Source: Parcubacteria group bacterium LiPW_30 (GTDB lineage Bacteria; Patescibacteriota; Minisyncoccia; Phycocordibacterales; VMEP01). From it: a stretch of 64,000 bases of DNA. The stretch covers positions 415,184 to 479,183 of the forward strand of contig VMEP01000001.1 of assembly GCA_007375595.1 (NCBI GenBank), written 5' to 3'. Each line of letters begins with the position of its first letter. The first letter of the stretch is position 1. Below are positions 55,906-64,000 of the stretch, piece after piece. The position numbers and the translations under genes are program-made. The notes beneath the pieces are model-generated. The model made no database searches. It was given only the letters and a program-made list of their open reading frames with translations, and was not told the DNA's origin.

Positions 55906-56169
55906 ATGAGTCCTAAGAAATCAAAATTAATTCGACGGCTCAATATTATCGAAGGGCAGGTACGTGGCTTGAGGGAGATGATAGAGAAAGATAAGTATTG
56001 TATTGATATAATTACTCAAAGTTCTGCTGTTAAACAGGGTCTTTCGAGTGTAGAGGATATACTTATGGAAGAACATTTATCAGACTGCACTATAAAGCAA
56101 ATAAAAAGTGGTAACTCCAAGAAAGCAATTGGTGAAATTATTGAAGTTTATAAATTGAAGAGAAAATAA
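55906..56169 (+). CDS. csoR: CsoR/RcnR family metal-sensing repressor
   Basis: RRLNIIEGQVRGL..M....YC.D...Q, HL..C. Confidence 0.9.
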   Translation: MSPKKSKLIRRLNIIEGQVRGLREMIEKDKYCIDIITQSSAVKQGLSSVEDILMEEHLSDCTIKQIKSGNSKKAIGEIIEVYKLKRK

Positions 56170-56172
56170 ATT

Positions 56173-56994
56173 ATGCCTAACCCAGACTCTACAATTAAAG
56201 AAAATAAAAGTATCAAATGGGGGGAGTTCACTTACGCGCTCCCGATTGCCGTGTTGGTTATTTTTGGATTCGTTATTTTACAAAAGGCAGGGTTGGCTAA
56301 CTTTATTAATTCATCTGATATTGGTTACGGCACGGCTTTTGTTATTGGTCTTATCGCGTCTGTTTCAACCTGTCTTGCTGTTGTTGGTGGGGTTGTCTTG
56401 TCTTTATCGGCCAACTCAGCAAAAAGCGGGGGAACATGGCGTCCACAGGCTCTTTTCCACGCGGGACGACTTGTTGGGTTTTTTGTTCTCGGTGGAATAA
56501 TCGGGCTTATTGGTAGTACATTTCATTTTAGTATTACAGCCAATGTCGTTCTTGGAATTATTGTTGGAGTGGTAATGCTTATTTTGGGAATAAACCTTCT
56601 TGATGTTTTTAGTCCTATAAAGAAGTTTCAGTTGCGATTACCCAAAAGTTTTTCGCGTTATGTAATGAATATAAGCGAGCGGGATTATTATTTTGCCCCA
56701 GCGTTATTTGGAGTTGGCACTTTCTTTTTGCCGTGTGGTTTCACTCAGTCTATGCAAGTATATGTTTTAACAACGGGAAGTTTTATTGAAGGGTCTATGA
56801 TTATGTTTATTTTTGCGTTAGGGACTTTTCCAATGTTAGCCCTACTTTCTTTTGGTTCTCTTAATATTTCTAATAGTTCTTGGAGGGGAACATTCTTTAA
56901 GACTGCCGGTATTTTGGTTATTGCACTTGCTCTCCTTAATATCATGAATTCTCTTGCAGTTCTAGGGATTATGGCGCCACTTTTTAATTTTTAA
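56173..56994 (+). CDS. DsbD_2 / TauE-SafE-type membrane protein
   Basis: STCLAVVGG, FHAGRL, FFLPCGFTQSMQ, FALGT.P. Confidence 0.85.
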   Translation: MPNPDSTIKENKSIKWGEFTYALPIAVLVIFGFVILQKAGLANFINSSDIGYGTAFVIGLIASVSTCLAVVGGVVLSLSANSAKSGGTWRPQALFHAGRLVGFFVLGGIIGLIGSTFHFSITANVVLGIIVGVVMLILGINLLDVFSPIKKFQLRLPKSFSRYVMNISERDYYFAPALFGVGTFFLPCGFTQSMQVYVLTTGSFIEGSMIMFIFALGTFPMLALLSFGSLNISNSSWRGTFFKTAGILVIALALLNIMNSLAVLGIMAPLFNF

Positions 56995-57001
56995 ATACTA
57001 T

Positions 57002-57394
57002 ATGAATAAACAAATAATTTTAGCTCTTATGGTAACCGCACTTCTTGTCGGAGGAGCGGTTGTTTTTACAAAAAGTGATTCTCCAGAGAAGACTTTAGGA
57101 GAAGTTTATTCGGCGACAATTGTGGAGGGGAAACAAATTATAGAAATTAAGGCAAATAGTGGTTATTCCCCACGCCTTATTAGTGCAAAAGCGGGGATAC
57201 CAACGACCATTAAAATGGAAACTCTTAACACTTTTGATTGTTCAGCAAGTTTGGTTATCCCAGAAATTTCTTACCAGAAGTTCTTAAAACCAACTGGGAC
57301 CGAAGAAATAGAAATTCCGGCTGAAAAAGCTAAAGGTACAATGCAAGGACTATGTTCAATGGGCATGTATAGTTTTCAGATTGAGTTCATCTAA
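57002..57394 (+). CDS. Cupredoxin-like domain protein
   Basis: GYSP, TFDC, CSMGMY. Confidence 0.85.
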   Translation: MNKQIILALMVTALLVGGAVVFTKSDSPEKTLGEVYSATIVEGKQIIEIKANSGYSPRLISAKAGIPTTIKMETLNTFDCSASLVIPEISYQKFLKPTGTEEIEIPAEKAKGTMQGLCSMGMYSFQIEFI

Positions 57395-57432
57395 AGGTTG
57401 CTTTTCGGTTTTATGGCGGTAGAATCTTTTAA

Positions 57433-58353
57433 ATGAGAAACAATACTTCAGTCTTTGTGCTTACATCATTTATCTTTATTTTTAGCGCTTTTGGGTTGAG
57501 CGCTAGCGCGGTGACGCTACCGACCGTTGATAGCCTTATTAACGATACGGCTTCTCAGATATATGTTGATCGTGATGGTCACGCCATTATTGGCGGAGTT
57601 AAGGTTACGCAAGTTGCAGGGGTTACTTACTTTTCTCGTTTAATATGGGGAGAAAGTTTTATTAGGCTTACGGTAAAAACAAATAGTAAGACTAAGTTTG
57701 CAAATAAATTTGGTGAACCTATTTCGGCGAAAGAACTTAAAGAAGGAGATATTTTGGTTGTTGAAGGTGAGCTCGAATCGGCGTCTCAAACAATGACAAT
57801 TATTCCGAGAACTGTGCGCAATATTTCGAATCAGACAGAAAATAATGAATTTTCTGGAACGGTAAGTAATATTCGTTTTGATTCTGATACCTTTACTCTT
57901 ACCACAAAGACTAAAGGGCCAATTACAATTTCGGTAAATAACGGCACTACGACTGAAATAAAAAAAGGGAGCCGAATAATTAATCTTTCCTCGTTGCGTA
58001 GCGGAGATAAGGTGACCAAAGTAGACGGAGTGTTGAATCATGCAACAAACCAGATGGTTGCTAAAAACATTGTCGTTTATGTTGATATGAATACTTTTAA
58101 GCCAAGAAATTTTCAGGGTGTTATTAAAGAAATCTCTGGGGCAACACTTCCCTTAAACTTTACCGCGACAATCGGTGGGGCTGATTATCTCGTTAAGTTG
58201 AATGAAAAAACCACTATTTTAAATAATCTTAAGAATAGCGCAAAATTATCACGCTTTGAGGCTGGAGATAGAGTTCGTTTTTATGGGGCGATAGAAGAAT
58301 CGGACTCCTTAATTGTTGGGAAAGTTGAGGTGTTGAGGAACCTTGATTTATAG
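57433..58353 (+). CDS. Secreted repeated beta-barrel protein (DUF5666-like)
   Basis: Signal peptide; three T..T.....L..GD.V...G repeats. Confidence 0.65.
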   Translation: MRNNTSVFVLTSFIFIFSAFGLSASAVTLPTVDSLINDTASQIYVDRDGHAIIGGVKVTQVAGVTYFSRLIWGESFIRLTVKTNSKTKFANKFGEPISAKELKEGDILVVEGELESASQTMTIIPRTVRNISNQTENNEFSGTVSNIRFDSDTFTLTTKTKGPITISVNNGTTTEIKKGSRIINLSSLRSGDKVTKVDGVLNHATNQMVAKNIVVYVDMNTFKPRNFQGVIKEISGATLPLNFTATIGGADYLVKLNEKTTILNNLKNSAKLSRFEAGDRVRFYGAIEESDSLIVGKVEVLRNLDL

Positions 58354-58363
58354 GAGATATTTT

Positions 58364-58452
58364 GGCTTTTGTTTTTAAAAACACGATAAAATTCTGTTGA
58401 ATTTTTCTATACTCGCGCCAAGCGCTCCGTAATGTTTTTAAAAATAAAAGCC
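58364..58452 (-). repeat. Structured element copy within 20-bp inverted repeats (1 mismatch)
   Basis: ggcttttgtttttaaaaaca / tgtttttaaaaataaaagcc enclosing cgataaaattctgttgaatttttctatactcgcgccaagcgctccgtaa. Confidence 0.85.
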
Positions 58453-58509
58453 TAGGGAATAAAGACAAGATAAGAAAAATTCACGTATAAATATGTTACA
58501 ATTTGCGGA

Positions 58510-59826
58510 ATGCAGAAGGTAGAGGTTGGTAAAATTAAAAATTTTAAAGAACTTGCGATAAACGATTCGCGAAAGGTTGCCTTAGAAATCGCCGAGGCTG
58601 GTCTTTTTGCTATTGATACAAAAATGGCGGTACATAACTTTATTACTGTAGATAAGAATCAAATAGTTTTTGGGAATGGTTTAGTGGTGAAATCTCTTGA
58701 TGTTGGTAAAAGAATTTTTTTTATCGGGATTGGTAAATGTGCTTATGATGCAGCGGTTGCCGTTGAGGAAATTTTGGGGGACAAATTGACTGGCGGAATT
58801 GTTTTTGACGTGAATCTTCCTGAAGTGAATACTCTGAAATATATTAGAAGTTTTGTTGGCACCCACCCTTTCCCTTCAGAAGGAAATGTTGCTGTTTCTA
58901 AAGAGATTGTTCATTTACTAAAAGACCTCTCAGAAGACGATTTTGTGATTATGGCTATTTCTGGCGGTGGTTCAACTTTACTTTGCCTTCCACACAATAA
59001 TCGCACTTGTCTTGATGAGAAATTGATTATTGAAGAACTCTTTAGCGTTGGCGCAACTATTCAGGAAATTAATACAATAAGAAAGCATATCTCCAGTGTT
59101 CGTGGTGGTTTTTTAGCAAAACACGCATACCCAGCTCGAGTTGTTTCCCTTATTTTCTCTGACGTGCCAGGGAATAACCCCGGGTTTATTTCTTCGGGTC
59201 CCACTATTAGAGATGAAACTACAGTGGGAGATGCAATAGAGATTTTTAATCGTTATAAAATGACGATGCCAGACGAAATAGGAGAGATATTACTTGAAAC
59301 ACCAAAGGAAACTAAATATTTTGAAAATGTTTATAATACAATAGTTGTCTCAAATGACGTTGCCTTAAGGGCAATGGAAAAAAGAGCTAATGAGCTTTTA
59401 TTTGAGGCTAGAATTGTGGACGATAAGTTGACTGGGGAGGCAAGAGAGGTTGGTCCTAAAATATTGGAAACTATCAGGAAGGCGCACGGACGGGCTGTAT
59501 TTTTGTACGGAGGGGAAACAACCGTTAAAGTGAGCGGTCTTGGTTCTGGTGGCAGGAACCAAGAACTTGTTTTAAGTGTGCTTCCTGATATCAGATTTGG
59601 CGAAGTCGTACTGTCTTTTGCGTCCGATGGACGCGACAACGGTGAGTATATGGGGGCGATTGCCGATAATGTTTTAAAGAAAGAAGCCGAAAAGCTGTCA
59701 TTAAAACCAGAGGAATTTTTAGACAAGAACGACAGCACTTCTTTTTTTAAGAAAACAGGGGGTTTACTGAAGTCGGGGTATACTGGTTCAAACGTTTCAG
59801 ATTTGATTATAGGAATAAAATTTTAA
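58510..59826 (+). CDS. Glycerate 2-kinase (DUF4147/MOFRL, TtuD-type)
   Basis: GIGKCA, GTHPFP, ISGGGS, IRKHIS..RGG, SDVPG, SGPT, GGETTV, GGRNQE, TGSNVSD. Confidence 0.92.
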   Translation: MQKVEVGKIKNFKELAINDSRKVALEIAEAGLFAIDTKMAVHNFITVDKNQIVFGNGLVVKSLDVGKRIFFIGIGKCAYDAAVAVEEILGDKLTGGIVFDVNLPEVNTLKYIRSFVGTHPFPSEGNVAVSKEIVHLLKDLSEDDFVIMAISGGGSTLLCLPHNNRTCLDEKLIIEELFSVGATIQEINTIRKHISSVRGGFLAKHAYPARVVSLIFSDVPGNNPGFISSGPTIRDETTVGDAIEIFNRYKMTMPDEIGEILLETPKETKYFENVYNTIVVSNDVALRAMEKRANELLFEARIVDDKLTGEAREVGPKILETIRKAHGRAVFLYGGETTVKVSGLGSGGRNQELVLSVLPDIRFGEVVLSFASDGRDNGEYMGAIADNVLKKEAEKLSLKPEEFLDKNDSTSFFKKTGGLLKSGYTGSNVSDLIIGIKF

Positions 59827-59838
59827 TGAGATAAATAT

Positions 59839-62274
59839 ATGAGTGAGATGAATGAAAATAAATATGTTGTCTGGATGGAAGATGTTGGTATCGAAGATGT
59901 CGCAACAGTTGGAGGAAAAAATGCTTCGCTTGGCGAAATGATAAAAAACTTAGGCGAGAAAGGTGTTGCTGTGCCATCTGGTTTTATTATTACAGCCGAC
60001 GGATATCGTTACTTCATGGAAGAGACTGGAATGGAGCAATTTGTAAAAACTGCGCTTAAAGGATTGGATACAAAAAATTTAAAAGATTTATCAAAGCGCG
60101 GTAAATTGGTTCGCGAAAGTATTATCGCAACGAAAGTGCCAGTTGAACTAGATAGACAAATTGCGCTTTGTTATGAAATGATGGAGAAGAGATACGGCAA
60201 AAATATTGACGTTGCTGTGCGTTCTTCTGCTACCGCCGAAGATTTACCAGGGGCATCATTTGCGGGAGAACACGAAACATATTTAGGAATTCGCGGAGCA
60301 AAGGATGTGACACAAGCTACAAAAGCGGCGTTTGCTTCCCTTTTTACCAATCGCGCTATCTCATATCGTGTTGATAAGGGTTTTGATCATTTCACAATCG
60401 CGCTTTCTGTCGGAGTTCAAAGAATGATTCGTTCTGATAAGGGCGTGTCAGGTGTGATGTTTACCGTTGATACTGAATCTGGTTTTAGAGATACAGTTGT
60501 TATAAATGGATCTTACGGTCTTGGGGAGATGGTTGTTCAAGGGCAAGTGACACCAGATGAATTTTTTGTTTTTAAAAATACAATAGAGACGGCGCCAAAA
60601 GCCATTATCTCAAAAACGCTTGGAGAGAAGGCTGATAAAATGATTTATGTTGCAGGCGCAAAAGGAATTCGACCTGTAAAAATTATTAAAACAACTCCGG
60701 CCGAACGAAGTAAATTCTGTCTTTCTGATGAAGAAATTTTAAAACTTGCCCGTTGGGGAATGATTATTGAGAAACATTATTCAGATAAAGGTGGGAAGTG
60801 GACACCGATGGATATGGAGTGGGCCAAAGATGGTAATACTGGTGAACTTTTTATTGTTCAAGCAAGACCAGAGACAGTACAGGCTTTAAGAGATTTTTCA
60901 AAGGTTAAAGAATATATTCGCAAAGAAGAAGGCAAGGTTCTAACAGCGGGGGTGTCGGTTGGAAGTTCCATTGCTGTTGGAAAAGCTCGTATTATTATGG
61001 ATGCTAAAAAAATTGGTGAATTCAAGCACGGCGAAGTCTTGGTTACCGACATGACAGATCCAGATTGGGAGCCAATTATGAAAATTGCTTCGGCTATTAT
61101 TACGGATAAAGGTGGACGCACATCGCACGCTGCGATTGTCGCTCGTGAACTTGGAATCCCAGCAGTTGTCGGGTCAGGCGATGCAACTCGAAAAATAAAA
61201 ACTGGAATGACGGTGACTGTTGATACAACTGGTTCAGATGGCGTTGTTATGTCCGGGGCGCTCAAATTTGATATAGTCACGCACGACTTAAAGACGATAC
61301 CTAAAACAAAAATAAAAATTGCGCTTAATATTGCAACCCCAGATACTGCCTTTGAAAAATCATTTTTACCGGCGGATGGTGTTGGGCTTGCGCGCGAGGA
61401 GTTTATAATTGCTTCAGAGATTGGTATTCATCCACTCGCTTTACTTAATTACAAGAAGTTGTCGCCTGCGCTTCGTAAAAAAATTGATGCGAAAACGATT
61501 GGTTATACCGACAAGACTCAGTTTTATGTTGATCGTCTTGCTTACGGAATTGGTAAAATTGCAGCTGCTTTTTATCCAAGAGAAACAATCGTTCGTTTTT
61601 CCGACTTTAAAACGAATGAATACAGAACTCTTTTGGGTGGAGATGCTTATGAGCCAGCGGAAGAAAACCCAATGATAGGGTGGCGCGGGGCGTCTCGTTA
61701 TTACGATCCTAAGTTTAAAGAGGCCTTTAAACTTGAATGTTTGGCAATCAGAAAGGTCCGCGAAGAGATGGGACTTGATAACGTTACTCCAATGGTTCCG
61801 TTCTGTCGTACAGTTGAGGAAGGGAAACAAACACTTCAAATTATGGCCGAAGCCGGACTTGTCGCAAAATCTATGGCAAAGGCGGGGCAAAAAGGTGTGC
61901 CTGTTTATGTGATGTGCGAGATTCCGTCCAATGTCATGTTGGCTGATGAGTTTTTGGACATCTTTGATGGTATGTCTATTGGTTCTAATGATCTTGCTCA
62001 ATTAACACTTGGTTTGGACAGAGATTCAGGAATTGTTAGTCATGTCGCAAATGAAAATAACGAAGCGGTAAAGAAGATGATTAGTGAGGCGATAAAGAAA
62101 TGCCGCGCGCGAGGTAAATATGTTGGTATTTGCGGACAGGCGCCATCGGATTACCCAGATTTCGCGGCATTTTTGGTTGAAGCAGGAATTGAAAGTATGT
62201 CACTTAATCCAGACACAATCATAAAAACAAGGGGGGTGGTCGCAGAAAAAGAAAAGGCGCTTCAAATTAATTAA
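59839..62274 (+). CDS. ppsA: Phosphoenolpyruvate synthase
   Basis: VGGKNASLGEM, AVRSSATAEDLP, QARPETV, GGRTSHAAIVAREL, DFKTNEY, SIGSNDL, GICGQAPSD. Confidence 0.96.
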   Translation: MSEMNENKYVVWMEDVGIEDVATVGGKNASLGEMIKNLGEKGVAVPSGFIITADGYRYFMEETGMEQFVKTALKGLDTKNLKDLSKRGKLVRESIIATKVPVELDRQIALCYEMMEKRYGKNIDVAVRSSATAEDLPGASFAGEHETYLGIRGAKDVTQATKAAFASLFTNRAISYRVDKGFDHFTIALSVGVQRMIRSDKGVSGVMFTVDTESGFRDTVVINGSYGLGEMVVQGQVTPDEFFVFKNTIETAPKAIISKTLGEKADKMIYVAGAKGIRPVKIIKTTPAERSKFCLSDEEILKLARWGMIIEKHYSDKGGKWTPMDMEWAKDGNTGELFIVQARPETVQALRDFSKVKEYIRKEEGKVLTAGVSVGSSIAVGKARIIMDAKKIGEFKHGEVLVTDMTDPDWEPIMKIASAIITDKGGRTSHAAIVARELGIPAVVGSGDATRKIKTGMTVTVDTTGSDGVVMSGALKFDIVTHDLKTIPKTKIKIALNIATPDTAFEKSFLPADGVGLAREEFIIASEIGIHPLALLNYKKLSPALRKKIDAKTIGYTDKTQFYVDRLAYGIGKIAAAFYPRETIVRFSDFKTNEYRTLLGGDAYEPAEENPMIGWRGASRYYDPKFKEAFKLECLAIRKVREEMGLDNVTPMVPFCRTVEEGKQTLQIMAEAGLVAKSMAKAGQKGVPVYVMCEIPSNVMLADEFLDIFDGMSIGSNDLAQLTLGLDRDSGIVSHVANENNEAVKKMISEAIKKCRARGKYVGICGQAPSDYPDFAAFLVEAGIESMSLNPDTIIKTRGVVAEKEKALQIN

Positions 62275-62291
62275 TGTAGTAAAATACACAC

Positions 62292-63311
62292 ATGACAAAA
62301 ATTTCATTTTACGGAGTTAAACAGTGGGAAAGAGAATATCTACAGGAGAAAGTGGCACAAGTTGCAGGAGATGCAGAAATTCTGTTTTCTGAAGAAATTC
62401 TAGATAAGAGCCATGTTCCAACAGACACTAGCGCTGATATTGTTTCGGTGTTTGTTGACTCAACTCTTGATAATGAGGTTTTATCAAAATTTCCTAACTT
62501 AAAATTTATTGCGACTCGTTCAACTGGATATGACCATGTTGATTTAGCCACATGTAAAGAAAGAGGTATTGTTGTTTCGTCCGTTCCGTCCTACGGAGAA
62601 AATACTGTCGCCGAATTTGCCTTTGCTTTAATTTTGTCACTTTCCCGAAAAATTTTTGAAGGATACGACAGAATTAAAGAAAAAGGGAGTTTTAGTTTTG
62701 ACGGGCTACAAGGTTTTGATTTGATGGGGAAAACAATTGGAGTTGTTGGAGCAGGACACATTGGGCAGTTTTCTATAAAAATTGCTAAAGGTTTTGGGAT
62801 GAAAGTTGTTGCTTATGATCCATATCCAAATGAAAATTTAGCGAAAGAGCTTGGTTTTGAATACAAAGATTTTGATGAGTTACTTAAAGAAAGTGATGTA
62901 ATAACAATTCATGTTCCTTATCTTAAAACAACACACCATCTTTTTAGCGAAGAGAAGTTTTCACTAATGAAGAAAACAGCAATTCTTGTTAATACTAGTC
63001 GTGGACCAATTATTGATACCCAAGCTTTAGTGAGCGCGCTTAAAGATGGGAAGATTGCCGGAGCTGGACTAGATGTTCTTGAAGAGGAGTCTGTGATAAA
63101 AGATGAGATGGAGTTTTTGAAAAAGGGTAATGGTGAAGGACATGATTTAAAAACAATTATCGCAAACCACGTACTCGTTGATTTGCCGAATGTTGTCATG
63201 ACTCCGCACAATGCGTTCAATACAGGAGAAGCTCTTCGCCGTATCTTGGACACTACGATTGAAAACATTAAGGGTTATTTAGCGGGCACACCAATAAATT
63301 TAGTTAAATAA
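62292..63311 (+). CDS. D-isomer-specific 2-hydroxyacid dehydrogenase (D-lactate/glycerate type)
   Basis: RSTGYDHVD, VAEF, GAGHIG, NTSRG, LDVLEEE, TPHNAF. Confidence 0.92.
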   Translation: MTKISFYGVKQWEREYLQEKVAQVAGDAEILFSEEILDKSHVPTDTSADIVSVFVDSTLDNEVLSKFPNLKFIATRSTGYDHVDLATCKERGIVVSSVPSYGENTVAEFAFALILSLSRKIFEGYDRIKEKGSFSFDGLQGFDLMGKTIGVVGAGHIGQFSIKIAKGFGMKVVAYDPYPNENLAKELGFEYKDFDELLKESDVITIHVPYLKTTHHLFSEEKFSLMKKTAILVNTSRGPIIDTQALVSALKDGKIAGAGLDVLEEESVIKDEMEFLKKGNGEGHDLKTIIANHVLVDLPNVVMTPHNAFNTGEALRRILDTTIENIKGYLAGTPINLVK

Positions 63312-63313
63312 AA

Positions 63314-64000
63314 ATGTACGAGATAGACGACATCACAGCCAGAATTATCCTCGACTCTCGAGGTGAAAAAACAATAGAGGCAATGGTCAGACTCTCTGAT
63401 GGTTCAGTTGCCTCAGCTTCTGTTCCGCAAGGGAAAAGCCGTGGCTCTGGTGAGGCGACTTATGTTTCCGTAGAACAGGCAATGATTAATATTAAGGAAT
63501 TAGTTTTACCTGCCCTTAAGAATTCTTTAAGCATTATGCAAAAAGAAATTGACGGGCGACTTAAAATTCTCGACGGAACAGCAAATAAAGAACGTCTTGG
63601 GGCAAACACTATTCTTGCTGTTTCTATCGCTGTCGCGCGCGCTGCAGCTAATGCTCGTGGTATTCCGCTTTGGGCTCACCTTCGTGAAATGGCAGGGGTG
63701 CCAATATTAGAGGCAAGCCACCCTCGTCTTTTTGTTAATTTAATAAATGGAGGAGAACACGCAAAAAATAAGCTTGCTTTTCAAGAGTACTTAGCGATTA
63801 TTGACGGTGCTAATTTTACAGAAATGATTGAAATACAAGCATCTCTTTGGAGTAATCTAAAGAAAATGTTTAATGATCAGTACGGTGATGCATTGCCACT
63901 AGGAGATGAGGGCGGTTTTGCCCCAGAGATTAGTGATAACCTTGAACCGTTCCGCTTAATTAAATTGGCAGCCGGAGAGCTTATAGAGGACGGATTTGTT
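63314..64000 (+). CDS. eno: Enolase, N-terminal part (runs off the window; absent from ORF track)
   Basis: Translated by hand: MYEIDDITARIILDSRG, VPQGKS, LDGT.NK.RLGAN.ILAVS, INGGEHA, FQEY, GDEGGFAP. Confidence 0.9.
   Translation, partial: MYEIDDITARIILDSRGEKTIEAMVRLSDGSVASASVPQGKSRGSGEATYVSVEQAMINIKELVLPALKNSLSIMQKEIDGRLKILDGTANKERLGANTILAVSIAVARAAANARGIPLWAHLREMAGVPILEASHPRLFVNLINGGEHAKNKLAFQEYLAIIDGANFTEMIEIQASLWSNLKKMFNDQYGDALPLGDEGGFAPEISDNLEPFRLIKLAAGELIEDGFV

Noticed and set aside
1-64000. Alternative genetic code (UGA = Gly or Trp)
   Set aside because: Conserved genes are full length under code 11, and several end at TGA with ATGA coupling to the next gene

Overview
AT-rich, gene-dense bacterial chromosome segment using the standard code (TGA is a stop). 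Gene content and style suggest Patescibacteria/CPR (Parcubacteria-like); this is inference from the type IV pilin, dprA, Gmad2/DUF5666/DUF5667-type proteins, short RelA/SpoT and SD-less core genes. Housekeeping genes (clpB end, udg, rpmG, miaA, parB, relA/spoT, topA, dprA, serS, ftsQ-like, dus, dnaX, typA, ppsA, eno start) and four tRNAs (Tyr, Trp, Leu, Gln) are interleaved with orphan genes. A defence-rich, all-plus-strand island follows tRNA-Gln (~22.2-32.2 kb): type II R-M pair, SIR2-like protein, type I R-M deletion scar, and an RloC-like ABC-ATPase/HEPN operon. Main unexplained signals: (1) a family of ~90-200 bp structured non-coding elements (CGGA-hairpin-GCGRGT-hairpin-GTG) that duplicate the 3' ends of tRNA-Leu and topA while carrying an antisense copy of their target, or stand free inside 19-21 bp inverted repeats; (2) two intergenic repeat families bracketing single genes in the island like cassettes, with no integrase visible; (3) orphan genes carry strong Shine-Dalgarno sites while the core genes inspected have none; (4) an ArsR gene bounded by a 30-bp palindrome that is also encoded in its own last codons. 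All family assignments are from motif recognition, not database searches.
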